Origin: Candidatus Melainabacteria bacterium
Lineage (GTDB): Bacteria > Cyanobacteriota > Vampirovibrionia > LMEP-6097
Assembly (NCBI GenBank): GCA_005110385.1
Contig: DUDT01000002.1
Coordinates: 27,854 to 91,853 of the forward strand
Direction of reading: 5' to 3'
DNA: 64,000 bases
The notes beneath the pieces are model-generated. The model was not told where the DNA came from. It was given only the letters and a program-made list of their open reading frames with translations, and searched no databases. Both the position numbers and the translations under genes were made by a program. Below, piece after piece: positions 1 through 8,704 of this stretch (positions within the stretch are counted from its first letter, which is position 1; every line of letters begins with the position of its first letter).

Positions 1-1
1 C

Positions 2-526
2 ATTTTAGTAGCTTTTCTATTATTTCTTTTTTTTAAACTTATAGTTCCTAATGATAATTATTTAAATGAAAGAGAAGGTATTACTGTTGTTGATGGCGAT
101 ACCGTTCGTAAAGAAATTCATAAAGATATTAAAAAATCTAAAGTAAATGAGATCCAGCAGATGCCTCTTTCTGAGAGTGATTTAAAAGTTGAAGATATTA
201 AAGTTGCTAGCCCTAAAACTTCTCAGGAAACGCTAAATAAAGTTAAAACCAGTAATGATCCTATTACTCAAATCGAAGCAGAAAGAGCAAAAGAGCTAGA
301 AGCCGCTAAAAAAATTGAAGCTCAGAATTTGCTGAATAAGCAAAATAGCACAAACAATCAAACTGGGACTAACACTTATACAGTACGCCGTGGAGACTCA
401 CTAGCCATCATTGCTCAGAGAGTTTATGGCTCAAGTAGCATAGCCAATATTGAAAAAATTAAAAAAGCTAACAAAATTAGAAATCCTCGCTCTCTTCAGG
501 TAGGGCAGAACTTAGTAACTCCATAG
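2..526 (+). CDS. LysM-domain protein, 5' partial. The frame is open from the window edge, with an N-terminal hydrophobic segment.
   Basis: C-terminal 'YTVRRGDSLAIIAQRVYG...LQVGQNLVTP' is a LysM motif. The reading frame has no stop back to position 2. Confidence 0.55.
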   Translation: MLVAFLLFLFFKLIVPNDNYLNEREGITVVDGDTVRKEIHKDIKKSKVNEIQQMPLSESDLKVEDIKVASPKTSQETLNKVKTSNDPITQIEAERAKELEAAKKIEAQNLLNKQNSTNNQTGTNTYTVRRGDSLAIIAQRVYGSSSIANIEKIKKANKIRNPRSLQVGQNLVTP

Positions 527-540
527 GAATACTGTAGATT

Positions 541-1140
541 TTATCCGTTAGAATTTTTATATGCATCAGCAGTTAACCTCTGCTTTAGGAACTCAAAAAT
601 CTCTTTTTCTAATTCCTTCGGTAATTTCATAGCTTTAATTTCATTAACTATTCTCTGATTATGGTCCGGTTCTTCACCTACTTTCGCTAGTTTAGTTTTT
701 AAAAGATAGCCCGCCCCCACGCCTAAAGCACCGACAGCCATAGCTAATTTTTTCCAACCTAAGCCCAAATAAAGTAGTCCAGCAAAGCCACCTGCGCCCC
801 ACATTAAAGTAGTACCAGCTTTATCCATAGCAGTTCTGCCTCTACCAATCATATTTTCAAAGGCATTTTCACCTGAAGCCTCATTGGGATTTTGATTGAA
901 ATTGGTTTGTGTTTGATTATTGGTAGGATTCGTATCTGCTGAGGGGTTAGTATTAGTGGTTCTGGAAAAACTCCGTCCAGTTTGGCGATTATCATCTGGA
1001 TTTTCAGTGGTAATATTTCTAGCGTTAATCCCTCTAGAGTCGCTAGGATCTAATACCTCGACGACTGAACGAGGCGACTCAACTCCTGGTGTAGAAGCTG
1101 ATGTAGACGAATTTCTTTGAGTAGTGCCTACTCTTGACAT
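541..1140 (-). CDS. Hypothetical membrane protein. The N-terminal half is Asn/Thr/Gln-rich and disordered, and the C-terminal half has Gly-rich TM helices.
   Basis: Low-complexity N-terminus, then 'GAGGFAGLLYLGLGW' and 'AVGALGVGAGYLL' hydrophobic segments. No recognisable family. Confidence 0.4.
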   Translation of the reverse strand: MSRVGTTQRNSSTSASTPGVESPRSVVEVLDPSDSRGINARNITTENPDDNRQTGRSFSRTTNTNPSADTNPTNNQTQTNFNQNPNEASGENAFENMIGRGRTAMDKAGTTLMWGAGGFAGLLYLGLGWKKLAMAVGALGVGAGYLLKTKLAKVGEEPDHNQRIVNEIKAMKLPKELEKEIFEFLKQRLTADAYKNSNG

Positions 1141-1244
1141 GGATAAATCTTATTTTAGCATAAATGTATATACTTATTTATGTTTTTATTATATTTTGTT
1201 TTGAGAAAATTTTAATACGTTTAAAACTGTATTAATCTCTCTCA

Positions 1245-4200
1245 TTATTTCTGCAGAACAGCCTGCCTGAGGTTTGCATTATTGGTTTGAGTTGGGACTA
1301 TATTATTAGCAACATCACGACTAGCTTTAACATGATGAATAACCTCTGATGGTTTATGGTATTTATCCCAATGATCTGTAGTATATCTGCCCGCTTGTCT
1401 CAAAGCATTAATAGCACCCATTTCTAAATCAGCATTTGCCTGCATGCCAACACCCAAGAGGTATGGACCTAATGAAGATGAAACTAATAACTGTCCAATA
1501 GGAGTACCCATAAATAAACTTGATGCTGCCATCATTTGGGCACCAATCTTCTGCCACATACCAGCCTCTTTAGGATTGATTTTCACTTGACGCCCAGCTA
1601 CATCAGTAAACATTTCTGGATAACCTTGTGCTTTTTGCTCTACATGCCTTGCTGCAGTCACCATACCGAATGTAGAAGCCAAAGTCTCTACCGAGTTAAG
1701 TACCATTTCTAATGCTTTAGTATTTGGCTTAATACCATGCAAGAAAACTGAAACGGCACTAAGACCTGTTGCGATCATACCAGAGGCAGCATAAGCATGC
1801 CCAACACTAGCTACATTAGTATAATCCATACCACTAGTCTGTGAAGTCTTAGTCACACCAGTATTTTTAAATAAACTTCCAAGGAAACCATGTCTAAAGC
1901 CTTTCACCTTAAGGAACTGAGCTGCCATCTCAGTCCCTTGTTTTAAATCCGCAACAGCAGTAGCGAAAAACTCACCCATAAATGGTTTGAGTTTCTTCAC
2001 CACATCTGCCCTTTTATTAGTAAGGTCAGCTGCAAGTGGTCTTAAATTACCATATTTTTTAAAATCCTCTTTACCAAAAACCTTCTCCTCAACCTCAGAT
2101 TTTGTACCTTTTTTAAAATCATCTAATATGGTATTTTCGCCTTGAATAGCAGCATTTCCTCTGCCTATCTGCAACATGCCATTTGCAAGAGCAAAAAGCA
2201 CCTTACGATTAAAACTAGTAGAAGGGAAGCGTGAAGCAGCGAAGCAAACTAACTCTCCAAGAGTCTGCAAAGGGTAAAGCATCGGTGATCTTAAACCACG
2301 AGCCACCCCAGAGACTAAATTATTAATACCAAAAATATTAGCTTGGACCCTATCCATTTTTTTGAATAAAGCTTCATTACCCGTTAATTTAGCACCAATA
2401 GCCGCAGCTCCAGATCCCATTAGAGCAATACCAACACCCTTAATGCCCGTAGCAAAAATCGGTCTTGAATTCTCCATCGATACAACTTTTTCAATCAATC
2501 CTCCAAGAATTGGAATCTTGCTAGTAATAGGCTTAAGCTTATCTACTAGCAAAGTTATAGGTGGATTATTTAAGCTATTTACGATACCTAACTCTTGCAT
2601 ACCAGCATCTGGTGTTTGTAAAGTTCTAGTTAAAGCAAAATCACGTACATCTTTTATCCAGTGAGCATTTGGATCAAACTTAAATTCACAACCTGGCTTA
2701 TCTTTAACAATCTCAGATATGACATGAGCGGCAAATGCATTATTCAAATGGATATTATCTATTTGAATAATTTGAGAAGCATATTTCTCCTGAAAAGACT
2801 CTGCCCACTGACTTTTAGACTTCACTTCTGCTGGATTAGAAGCTTTTGCGTATTGATTTTTCCCTAAATCAATAAGCTGATCTGGATGACCTGCATTCTT
2901 GGGCTGAGCTAAAAGCTCTACCATCCTATCTGCAATGTCAGCTGGTCCCATAAGACCTCGTACAATTACGGCAAGGCCACCACTTATAACGGCTTGTGCC
3001 TGTGCTGGAGAATCACTACCAGCACTATCCCCTAAATAAAGAGGATGTAAATTTTTCTGCTTCGCTTCAGAATAATTAGGAACTACATCCCCCTTAGAAT
3101 TAGCTGGGGCTATCTCTAAATAAAACTGCCTGTTATCAATTACATTAATTAACGTGTGTTCTTTTTTCGCAGTTGGACGTTGTTTTAAATCTTGAATAAA
3201 CTCCACGAAGCCAGCTTGAGTTGAGAAGCATGTATCCTCAAAGCTCTTTACGTGGCTAATACTTTTATTATTAATTGAAAATAAATCCTCACCGAGAGGA
3301 ATTCCATATTTTTCATTCGCCCATTTTTGAACTTCTGGATGCCTAGTAGCATTTAAAAGTAAGGTATAAAGTTTTCTCTGAACATCTAATCTTTCAACAT
3401 TTTTCCAATCTATCGCATGAGGGGTAAAACAAGCTGGTGAACCATCTCTTAATAATTCCGTTAATTTATGCTCAGCATATGGGTCACTTGGAATAAGGTT
3501 TTCTCTTAACTTCGATGTAAGCGGCAGATTTAACTTATCTAGCTCGTTAATAAAATTTCCAGTAGACCATTTAGCCTGCCTAGATTTTGTAGCTAAATCC
3601 ATATAAGCGATATATTGATTCAAGGTCAAATCAGGCATTAATGAAAAAGCTGCTGGAACTGACTTAATCTCTGCCGTTCGAATCGGTTCACCGTTATTAT
3701 CACGAATCTCTAAGAATTTCTGAAGAAAACCCTTCTCTAAGCCGGGTAGACTTACTTTATTCAAGAATTTCATTAATTCCATGAACCTACTAGTATCTTC
3801 ACTGATTTTTACTGGCTCACCAGGCTTGCTTGTAATGCCACCACTAAGACCATAGATTGCAATATTATTGGCAATAATCTTATCCTTAGGATTAGTTAAC
3901 GAATAAGGTATTTCTGCATTTTGGCCAACTACAGCAGATATTTCCTCTGAACTATTTAAGCCTGGTTCGCCTTCAGCTGTAACCATGCTGAGACCCGCTG
4001 CAATACCTGGCCTAGCAGTTAACATACCTAATTGAGCACCAAGAAAATATAAAGCTTGAGCTAATAATCTTCTATGATGCTTGTCCGGAAGAGAGGATTG
4101 TGAACTAGTACTTGCGACCATGGTCGGATTCTTATAACAAGCAGTACCGTCACCATCACTCCTATAGTCTATCTGTTTGCCATCTGCAAGAGCAGTTAAA

Positions 4201-4622
4201 ACATTAGTCCAGAGACGATGATGTATACCTAAAAGTCTAGTTTTATCAGCACCCTTCGCACCTAAAAGTGCTTCTGCTGGAACCAAGTCAGCAACTTGCT
4301 CTTTAGTTAATTTAAGAAGTTTTTTCGCCCTGTTCTGAATCTCTTCTCGAGATAATGGCTTCGGCATGCTTCCCAGATTAAGATTTCGATCTTGAACATG
4401 AAAACCCGCTTCCAGTTGCGCCTTCTGAGCCCTTAAATCTGGACTGCCAGCCGTCTTAGAATCTTCCAGAGCTGAAAACTTAGCAGCTCCGCTAGCACTA
4501 TTAGGAACAGTAACTTCTGGCAAACGATCTTGACGACCAGCACTAGGCTGTCCGCTCGACTGGCTATTTGGTTGAGGATTTAAATTTCTATTGGGGGGGT
4601 TGTCGGCACTGACAGGAGGCAT
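1245..4622 (-). CDS. Large hypothetical protein (1125 aa) with a Pro/Ser/Gln/Asn-rich N-terminus. Candidate secreted or surface protein.
   Basis: Long uninterrupted ORF. The first ~80 aa are low-complexity and no catalytic motif was recognised. Confidence 0.5.
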   Translation of the reverse strand: MPPVSADNPPNRNLNPQPNSQSSGQPSAGRQDRLPEVTVPNSASGAAKFSALEDSKTAGSPDLRAQKAQLEAGFHVQDRNLNLGSMPKPLSREEIQNRAKKLLKLTKEQVADLVPAEALLGAKGADKTRLLGIHHRLWTNVLTALADGKQIDYRSDGDGTACYKNPTMVASTSSQSSLPDKHHRRLLAQALYFLGAQLGMLTARPGIAAGLSMVTAEGEPGLNSSEEISAVVGQNAEIPYSLTNPKDKIIANNIAIYGLSGGITSKPGEPVKISEDTSRFMELMKFLNKVSLPGLEKGFLQKFLEIRDNNGEPIRTAEIKSVPAAFSLMPDLTLNQYIAYMDLATKSRQAKWSTGNFINELDKLNLPLTSKLRENLIPSDPYAEHKLTELLRDGSPACFTPHAIDWKNVERLDVQRKLYTLLLNATRHPEVQKWANEKYGIPLGEDLFSINNKSISHVKSFEDTCFSTQAGFVEFIQDLKQRPTAKKEHTLINVIDNRQFYLEIAPANSKGDVVPNYSEAKQKNLHPLYLGDSAGSDSPAQAQAVISGGLAVIVRGLMGPADIADRMVELLAQPKNAGHPDQLIDLGKNQYAKASNPAEVKSKSQWAESFQEKYASQIIQIDNIHLNNAFAAHVISEIVKDKPGCEFKFDPNAHWIKDVRDFALTRTLQTPDAGMQELGIVNSLNNPPITLLVDKLKPITSKIPILGGLIEKVVSMENSRPIFATGIKGVGIALMGSGAAAIGAKLTGNEALFKKMDRVQANIFGINNLVSGVARGLRSPMLYPLQTLGELVCFAASRFPSTSFNRKVLFALANGMLQIGRGNAAIQGENTILDDFKKGTKSEVEEKVFGKEDFKKYGNLRPLAADLTNKRADVVKKLKPFMGEFFATAVADLKQGTEMAAQFLKVKGFRHGFLGSLFKNTGVTKTSQTSGMDYTNVASVGHAYAASGMIATGLSAVSVFLHGIKPNTKALEMVLNSVETLASTFGMVTAARHVEQKAQGYPEMFTDVAGRQVKINPKEAGMWQKIGAQMMAASSLFMGTPIGQLLVSSSLGPYLLGVGMQANADLEMGAINALRQAGRYTTDHWDKYHKPSEVIHHVKASRDVANNIVPTQTNNANLRQAVLQK

Positions 4623-4844
4623 CTGTTTTCAAAACTCCCTTGTTTTGATAGGGTTAAAAGCTAATACGTGATCACGGTGTATTAACTCATTACATTATAA
4701 CTAAAAAAATCACAATTTGTTAATACTAAAAGTTAAAAAATTTTTAGAAAATCTATGGAACAAAGCATTTTTGCACTCAAATAATAAAAAAGTTATAGTT
4801 TTTAGAGGGACTTTAGACTTAATGAGTTCTATTTTCATTCTCAA

Positions 4845-5903
4845 ATGGTAATTTCTGCATCGAAAAAGATATCTATTTTAGGCTCAGGTTCTTGGGGTAA
4901 TACCCTTGCCTGCCACTTTTCTAAGGATTTTGAAGTTTTGCTCTGGGATTATAAACCCGAAAGAGTCGAAATAATGTCTAAATACCGAACGTTTAATAAG
5001 CCACAAGAAGGTATTTATCCTGAAAATATAAATTTCACCGCAGATTTAAGAGTCGCTTTAGAATTTAGTGACTTTATTTTCAGTGTTATACCTCTAAAAG
5101 GCATTAACGATTTAGCTGAAAATATCTCTAAGATCAATAATTTAAAAATTCTGGACCCTGCCAAAGACTCCTATTTAGATTTAAATCTTAAAAATCCCCT
5201 TAAGTTTTCAAAAAAAGTAATTATCAACTGCTCGAAAGGCATTGATCTAGTGAGTTTGAAGACACCTAGTGAAATTTTTACCGAAAAATTAAAGAATTTT
5301 CACATTGCGACTTTATCTGGGCCTAACCTTGCAATAGAGGTTTTAGCAGGTGAGCCAATGATATCGAGCATCGCAAGTTCAGAATTAACTGTAGCTGAGG
5401 GCCTTCAAGAAGTATTTTCCTGTACTCGCTTTCGCCTCTATCCCAGTAATGATATAGTTGGCGTAGAATTTTGTTCGGCCATCAAGAATGTAATCGCTAT
5501 CGCAGCAGGAGCTTCTGATGGACTAGGTTTCAGAGCTAGCACTAAAGCAAGTTTAATAACCCGAGCTTTAAATGAAATGCGTGAATTAATTAAGCTCAAA
5601 GGTGGTCTGGAAGAGACTTTATACTCAGCAGCTGGACTAGGTGATTTAATAGCAACCTGTAGTTCAGAGCTAAGTAGAAACTATCGTGTCGGTTATTTTC
5701 TGTCCCAAAATTACTCACTTGACGAGATTTACAAGAAAATCAATGCCACCGCTGAAGGAGTAAATACTGCCTTCGCTCTAAAAAAATTAGCCCAAACTGA
5801 AAACTTAAGAATTCCAATTTGCCTTGAAGTCGCAGATATGCTCTCTGGAAGCAAGAATCCAGCAGAAGTGGTCAACTCATTAATGTCAAGAAAAATAAAA
5901 TAA
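4845..5903 (+). CDS. gpsA: NAD(P)H-dependent glycerol-3-phosphate dehydrogenase
   Basis: 'KISILGSGSWGNTLA' Rossmann motif and a GpsA-like C-terminal domain ('SAAGLGDLIATCSS'). Confidence 0.85.
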   Translation: MVISASKKISILGSGSWGNTLACHFSKDFEVLLWDYKPERVEIMSKYRTFNKPQEGIYPENINFTADLRVALEFSDFIFSVIPLKGINDLAENISKINNLKILDPAKDSYLDLNLKNPLKFSKKVIINCSKGIDLVSLKTPSEIFTEKLKNFHIATLSGPNLAIEVLAGEPMISSIASSELTVAEGLQEVFSCTRFRLYPSNDIVGVEFCSAIKNVIAIAAGASDGLGFRASTKASLITRALNEMRELIKLKGGLEETLYSAAGLGDLIATCSSELSRNYRVGYFLSQNYSLDEIYKKINATAEGVNTAFALKKLAQTENLRIPICLEVADMLSGSKNPAEVVNSLMSRKIK

Positions 5904-5971
5904 AACTATTGTTTTATATACATATTGTTGTTATTATGAATCCTTACTAAAAGGATAAGTATGATATAGCG

Positions 5972-6430
5972 ATGTTTGGACCACACTTAGTAATGGAAGC
6001 CTATGGCTGCGATAGACGTCTTATGACGGATATAGAATCGATGATTGATCTCCTGGATTCGTTGCCCGAAAAGATGGATATGACGAAGATAATGCCCCCT
6101 TATGCATTTAAATATAAGGGTAAAGTTCCAGAAGAATGGGGCTTAAGCGGTGTGGTACTAATAGCAGAGAGTCATATAGCTCTTCATACTTTTCCAGACC
6201 AGAATGGCTTTCTGACTGTAGATATTTTTAGTTGTAAAGATTTCTGCATAGAGACAGCTATTTCTGAGATTGTTAAAGTTTATAATCCTACTCATTGGGA
6301 TCACCAGTTGTTCATGAGAGGTAGAGAATACCCTAGATCTATTGGTAAGGCTGGCCAGATTATTGAGACTGAAAGACTTCAGCATGCTCAGAATCTTCAC
6401 CAGTTTGGTAAAACTCTAGCTCTTAACTAA
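5972..6430 (+). CDS. speH: S-adenosylmethionine decarboxylase proenzyme, small prokaryotic (class 1B) type
   Basis: 'GVVLIAESHIALHTFPDQNGFLTVDIFSCKDF' matches the self-processing ESH(I/L)S(I)HTWPE region. Length about 150 aa. Confidence 0.7.
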   Translation: MFGPHLVMEAYGCDRRLMTDIESMIDLLDSLPEKMDMTKIMPPYAFKYKGKVPEEWGLSGVVLIAESHIALHTFPDQNGFLTVDIFSCKDFCIETAISEIVKVYNPTHWDHQLFMRGREYPRSIGKAGQIIETERLQHAQNLHQFGKTLALN

Positions 6431-6463
6431 AATGCGTAAGCATTTTTAGCTGGTGCTATTTAA

Positions 6464-7735
6464 GTGAGCTTAACTAATAATCCAAAAGAGTTCTTTCGGT
6501 GGCTAGAAACAGCCACTGAAGGAACTCTTTTTACTTTTATTTCCGAATGGCACACGAAAGGCGAGAGCAGTGAAGAACTAATTAAGTTTATAGAATTTCT
6601 TCGAGAAAAGGCGCCACCATTAAGCCTCAGGGATTTAGTTTACGACGAAAACGCAGGAATTGGAGTTTCGCTACACGCCCATCTTGCCTATGACTGTGCT
6701 GGTACCGGCGGCGATAAATCTCATAGCTTTAATATTTCTACCGGCACGGCCTTTCTTGCTGCTTACGCAGGCTTACCTGTAATTAAAAATGGCGGTCGCT
6801 CTGCTAGTAGTAAAGTAGGTTCAGTAGATGTACTTTATGAGCTAGGTTTAGATTTAGACATTAGTGAGGAAAGAAAACTAGAAGCCTTTCGAAAAGTAGG
6901 TTTAAGTTTTTTTTCTAGTAAAGTGTCTAGTGAATATCTACTGCCCGTAAAAAATTTAGCGAGGAAATATAAAGAATCCTGCTTTATAAATTTAATCGCT
7001 CCATTTCTCTCACCAATTGAGCTTCAGGGGCAGATCATTGGTATCGCTCAAGCTCGTTGGGTTCCAGTAATTAAAGAAATAGCTCAATACTTTATAAAAC
7101 AGGGCTACCGCCAAAAGTTTATCCTAGTACACTCAAACCAAGAGTTTTTAGAAAATTCTCTTAAAGAGCTAAGTGAGGGAAATACAGAGATTAGAGATTC
7201 CGAGCAGTCTCCTAACAGTACTAAGGCTGAGCTTATAAGTTCAATCTTAGATGAGTTTAATACAGCCCTGCCTTCTAAAATTATTTTCATTTCTTATAAT
7301 CCGCATTTTGACTTGTCTACAGAAAATGTACCTGTGAATAACTCTCCAACAGTAAACCTAAACGCTCAGCAAGCATATTATGAACAGGAATTTATACTCA
7401 ACCCAGCGAGCAAATCATTTTCAGAACTGGCATTAACAGCTGCAAAGCTTAAAGACCTAGAAGGCGGGAATACAAAAGAGAATGCTCAGATATTACTCAA
7501 AATCTTTAAAGGAGAGGCTCAAGACCCCAGATTAAGGATTAAAGCTGAGACTCTCGCCCTAAATACAGCCTTAATGCTTATGCTAAAAGAAGACTTTAGT
7601 CTTTTTTACGATGAAAGGAGCTTATTAAAAGAACTTACAGAGAATTACATAAAATTAAAAAAATTTCTTAAGACTCAGAATTTATATGAATTCCTAGAAG
7701 AATTACGCAAGTATTTCACAAAAGAAAAATTATGA
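6464..7735 (+). CDS. Anthranilate phosphoribosyltransferase-like (glycosyltransferase family 3) protein. It has a GTG start and carries an in-frame repeat insertion.
   Basis: 'CAGTGGD' and 'IKNGGRSASSKVGSVDVLYELG' match the TrpD GTGGDG and KHGNR..SS.SGSADVLEALG motifs. The insertion 'DENAGIGVSLHAH' lies immediately before GTGGD. Confidence 0.55.
   Translation: MSLTNNPKEFFRWLETATEGTLFTFISEWHTKGESSEELIKFIEFLREKAPPLSLRDLVYDENAGIGVSLHAHLAYDCAGTGGDKSHSFNISTGTAFLAAYAGLPVIKNGGRSASSKVGSVDVLYELGLDLDISEERKLEAFRKVGLSFFSSKVSSEYLLPVKNLARKYKESCFINLIAPFLSPIELQGQIIGIAQARWVPVIKEIAQYFIKQGYRQKFILVHSNQEFLENSLKELSEGNTEIRDSEQSPNSTKAELISSILDEFNTALPSKIIFISYNPHFDLSTENVPVNNSPTVNLNAQQAYYEQEFILNPASKSFSELALTAAKLKDLEGGNTKENAQILLKIFKGEAQDPRLRIKAETLALNTALMLMLKEDFSLFYDERSLLKELTENYIKLKKFLKTQNLYEFLEELRKYFTKEKL
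6641..6690 (+). repeat. Dispersed in-frame repeat element copy (core GACGAAAACGCAGGAATTGGAGTTTCGCTACACGCCCAT)
   Basis: Differs by about 2 mismatches from the copy at 9356-9410. Confidence 0.8.
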
Positions 7736-7751
7736 ATTAAGATGTATACAT

Positions 7752-8246
7752 ATGTTCTCTAAATTTCGCACTAGTCTATTTATAATTTTCGTATACATTA
7801 GCGTTTTTGCTAGCTCAATGTCCCTTTTAGCTCAAGAAGGAAAAGCACCTCAGGACTATGCCGCTGATAAATTAGCGAACGCTGACGCACAGCTTACTAA
7901 ATTAATCGAACAGAGAAATGCTTTAAATTCTTTAATTAAAGCAGTAAAGAAGGATCTTAAAGCTGCAAAGATAAGAGCCAAGGCAGAAGAAATTCAGATT
8001 AAAGCTAATATAGCCAAGCAAGACGCAGAATTTATGATTGAGCAATCTGGCGTAGCTATTGATCTTCCAGATTTAACAGCTAAAAAACCAATTCCTCGCA
8101 GCCCTCTTCTAGAAGATATTTCAGCAAAAGCACCTTCATCTAGCTTTGCCGAAGACAGTTTCGATAAAGTAGACTCTGTTTTCTTTCCAAGTAATAACAG
8201 TATTAACGTTAAATCTAAAAAAGACCTACCCTACTACATTAAATAG
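7752..8246 (+). CDS. Secreted coiled-coil protein (signal peptide plus Lys/Ala-rich heptads)
   Basis: N-terminal hydrophobic signal 'LFIIFVYISVFASSMSLLA'. No known domain recognised. Confidence 0.4.
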   Translation: MFSKFRTSLFIIFVYISVFASSMSLLAQEGKAPQDYAADKLANADAQLTKLIEQRNALNSLIKAVKKDLKAAKIRAKAEEIQIKANIAKQDAEFMIEQSGVAIDLPDLTAKKPIPRSPLLEDISAKAPSSSFAEDSFDKVDSVFFPSNNSINVKSKKDLPYYIK

Positions 8247-8248
8247 TT

Positions 8249-8701
8249 TTGAGCGACTTTAGAAAATACAGTTTAATCTCTCTCTATGCATTTCTAGTAT
8301 TTGCTTTGCAAATATCTTTTTTTTCTAGATTTACGAATATAGACCTTAACTTCATTCTAGTAAATATCGCTGTCTTCTCGGCTTTATTTAATTTAAAAGA
8401 AAATTTAGTATTCCTGTCTACAGCAACTATATTATTACAAGCTTTTACTTTTGATAAACAGTTTATCTGGTTTCTGCCATTACTATCTGTTCTACTAAAG
8501 CTTTTCTACACTAAAGAACTCAAAGATCCACTCTGGCTTTGTGTTTTTTATTCAGTATTGCTTAGCGTTATCTACTGTTTTATAAACCAAGATACTTACG
8601 GCTATTTTCATAAAATATTACTGAGCCTGCCTTTTAATGCATTATTTGCTGTAATATTATATTTTCTTTTGAAATCTCTGATTATCACTAAGGATAAATA
8701 A
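8249..8701 (+). CDS. Hypothetical integral membrane protein
   Basis: Several hydrophobic helices. The start lies 3 nt after the stop of the previous ORF. Confidence 0.4.
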   Translation: MSDFRKYSLISLYAFLVFALQISFFSRFTNIDLNFILVNIAVFSALFNLKENLVFLSTATILLQAFTFDKQFIWFLPLLSVLLKLFYTKELKDPLWLCVFYSVLLSVIYCFINQDTYGYFHKILLSLPFNALFAVILYFLLKSLIITKDK

Positions 8702-8704
8702 TTT

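Noticed and set aside
920-1120. Antisense or embedded ORFs from the six-frame track. Examples are 920-1120, 2362-2867, 6158-6400, 7105-7290, 10886-11083, 12152-12521, 14406-14615, 20179-21035, 22080-22695, 26866-27099, 28130-28345, 30738-30974, 36871-37119, 41761-42223, 48014-48274, 51306-51527, 52432-52632, 57123-57482, 59154-59642, 62450-62695 and 63227-63793.
   Set aside because: Each lies wholly inside, and opposite to or out of frame with, a longer ORF that carries clear conserved motifs. Their compositions are low-complexity mirror images, with no motifs of their own.
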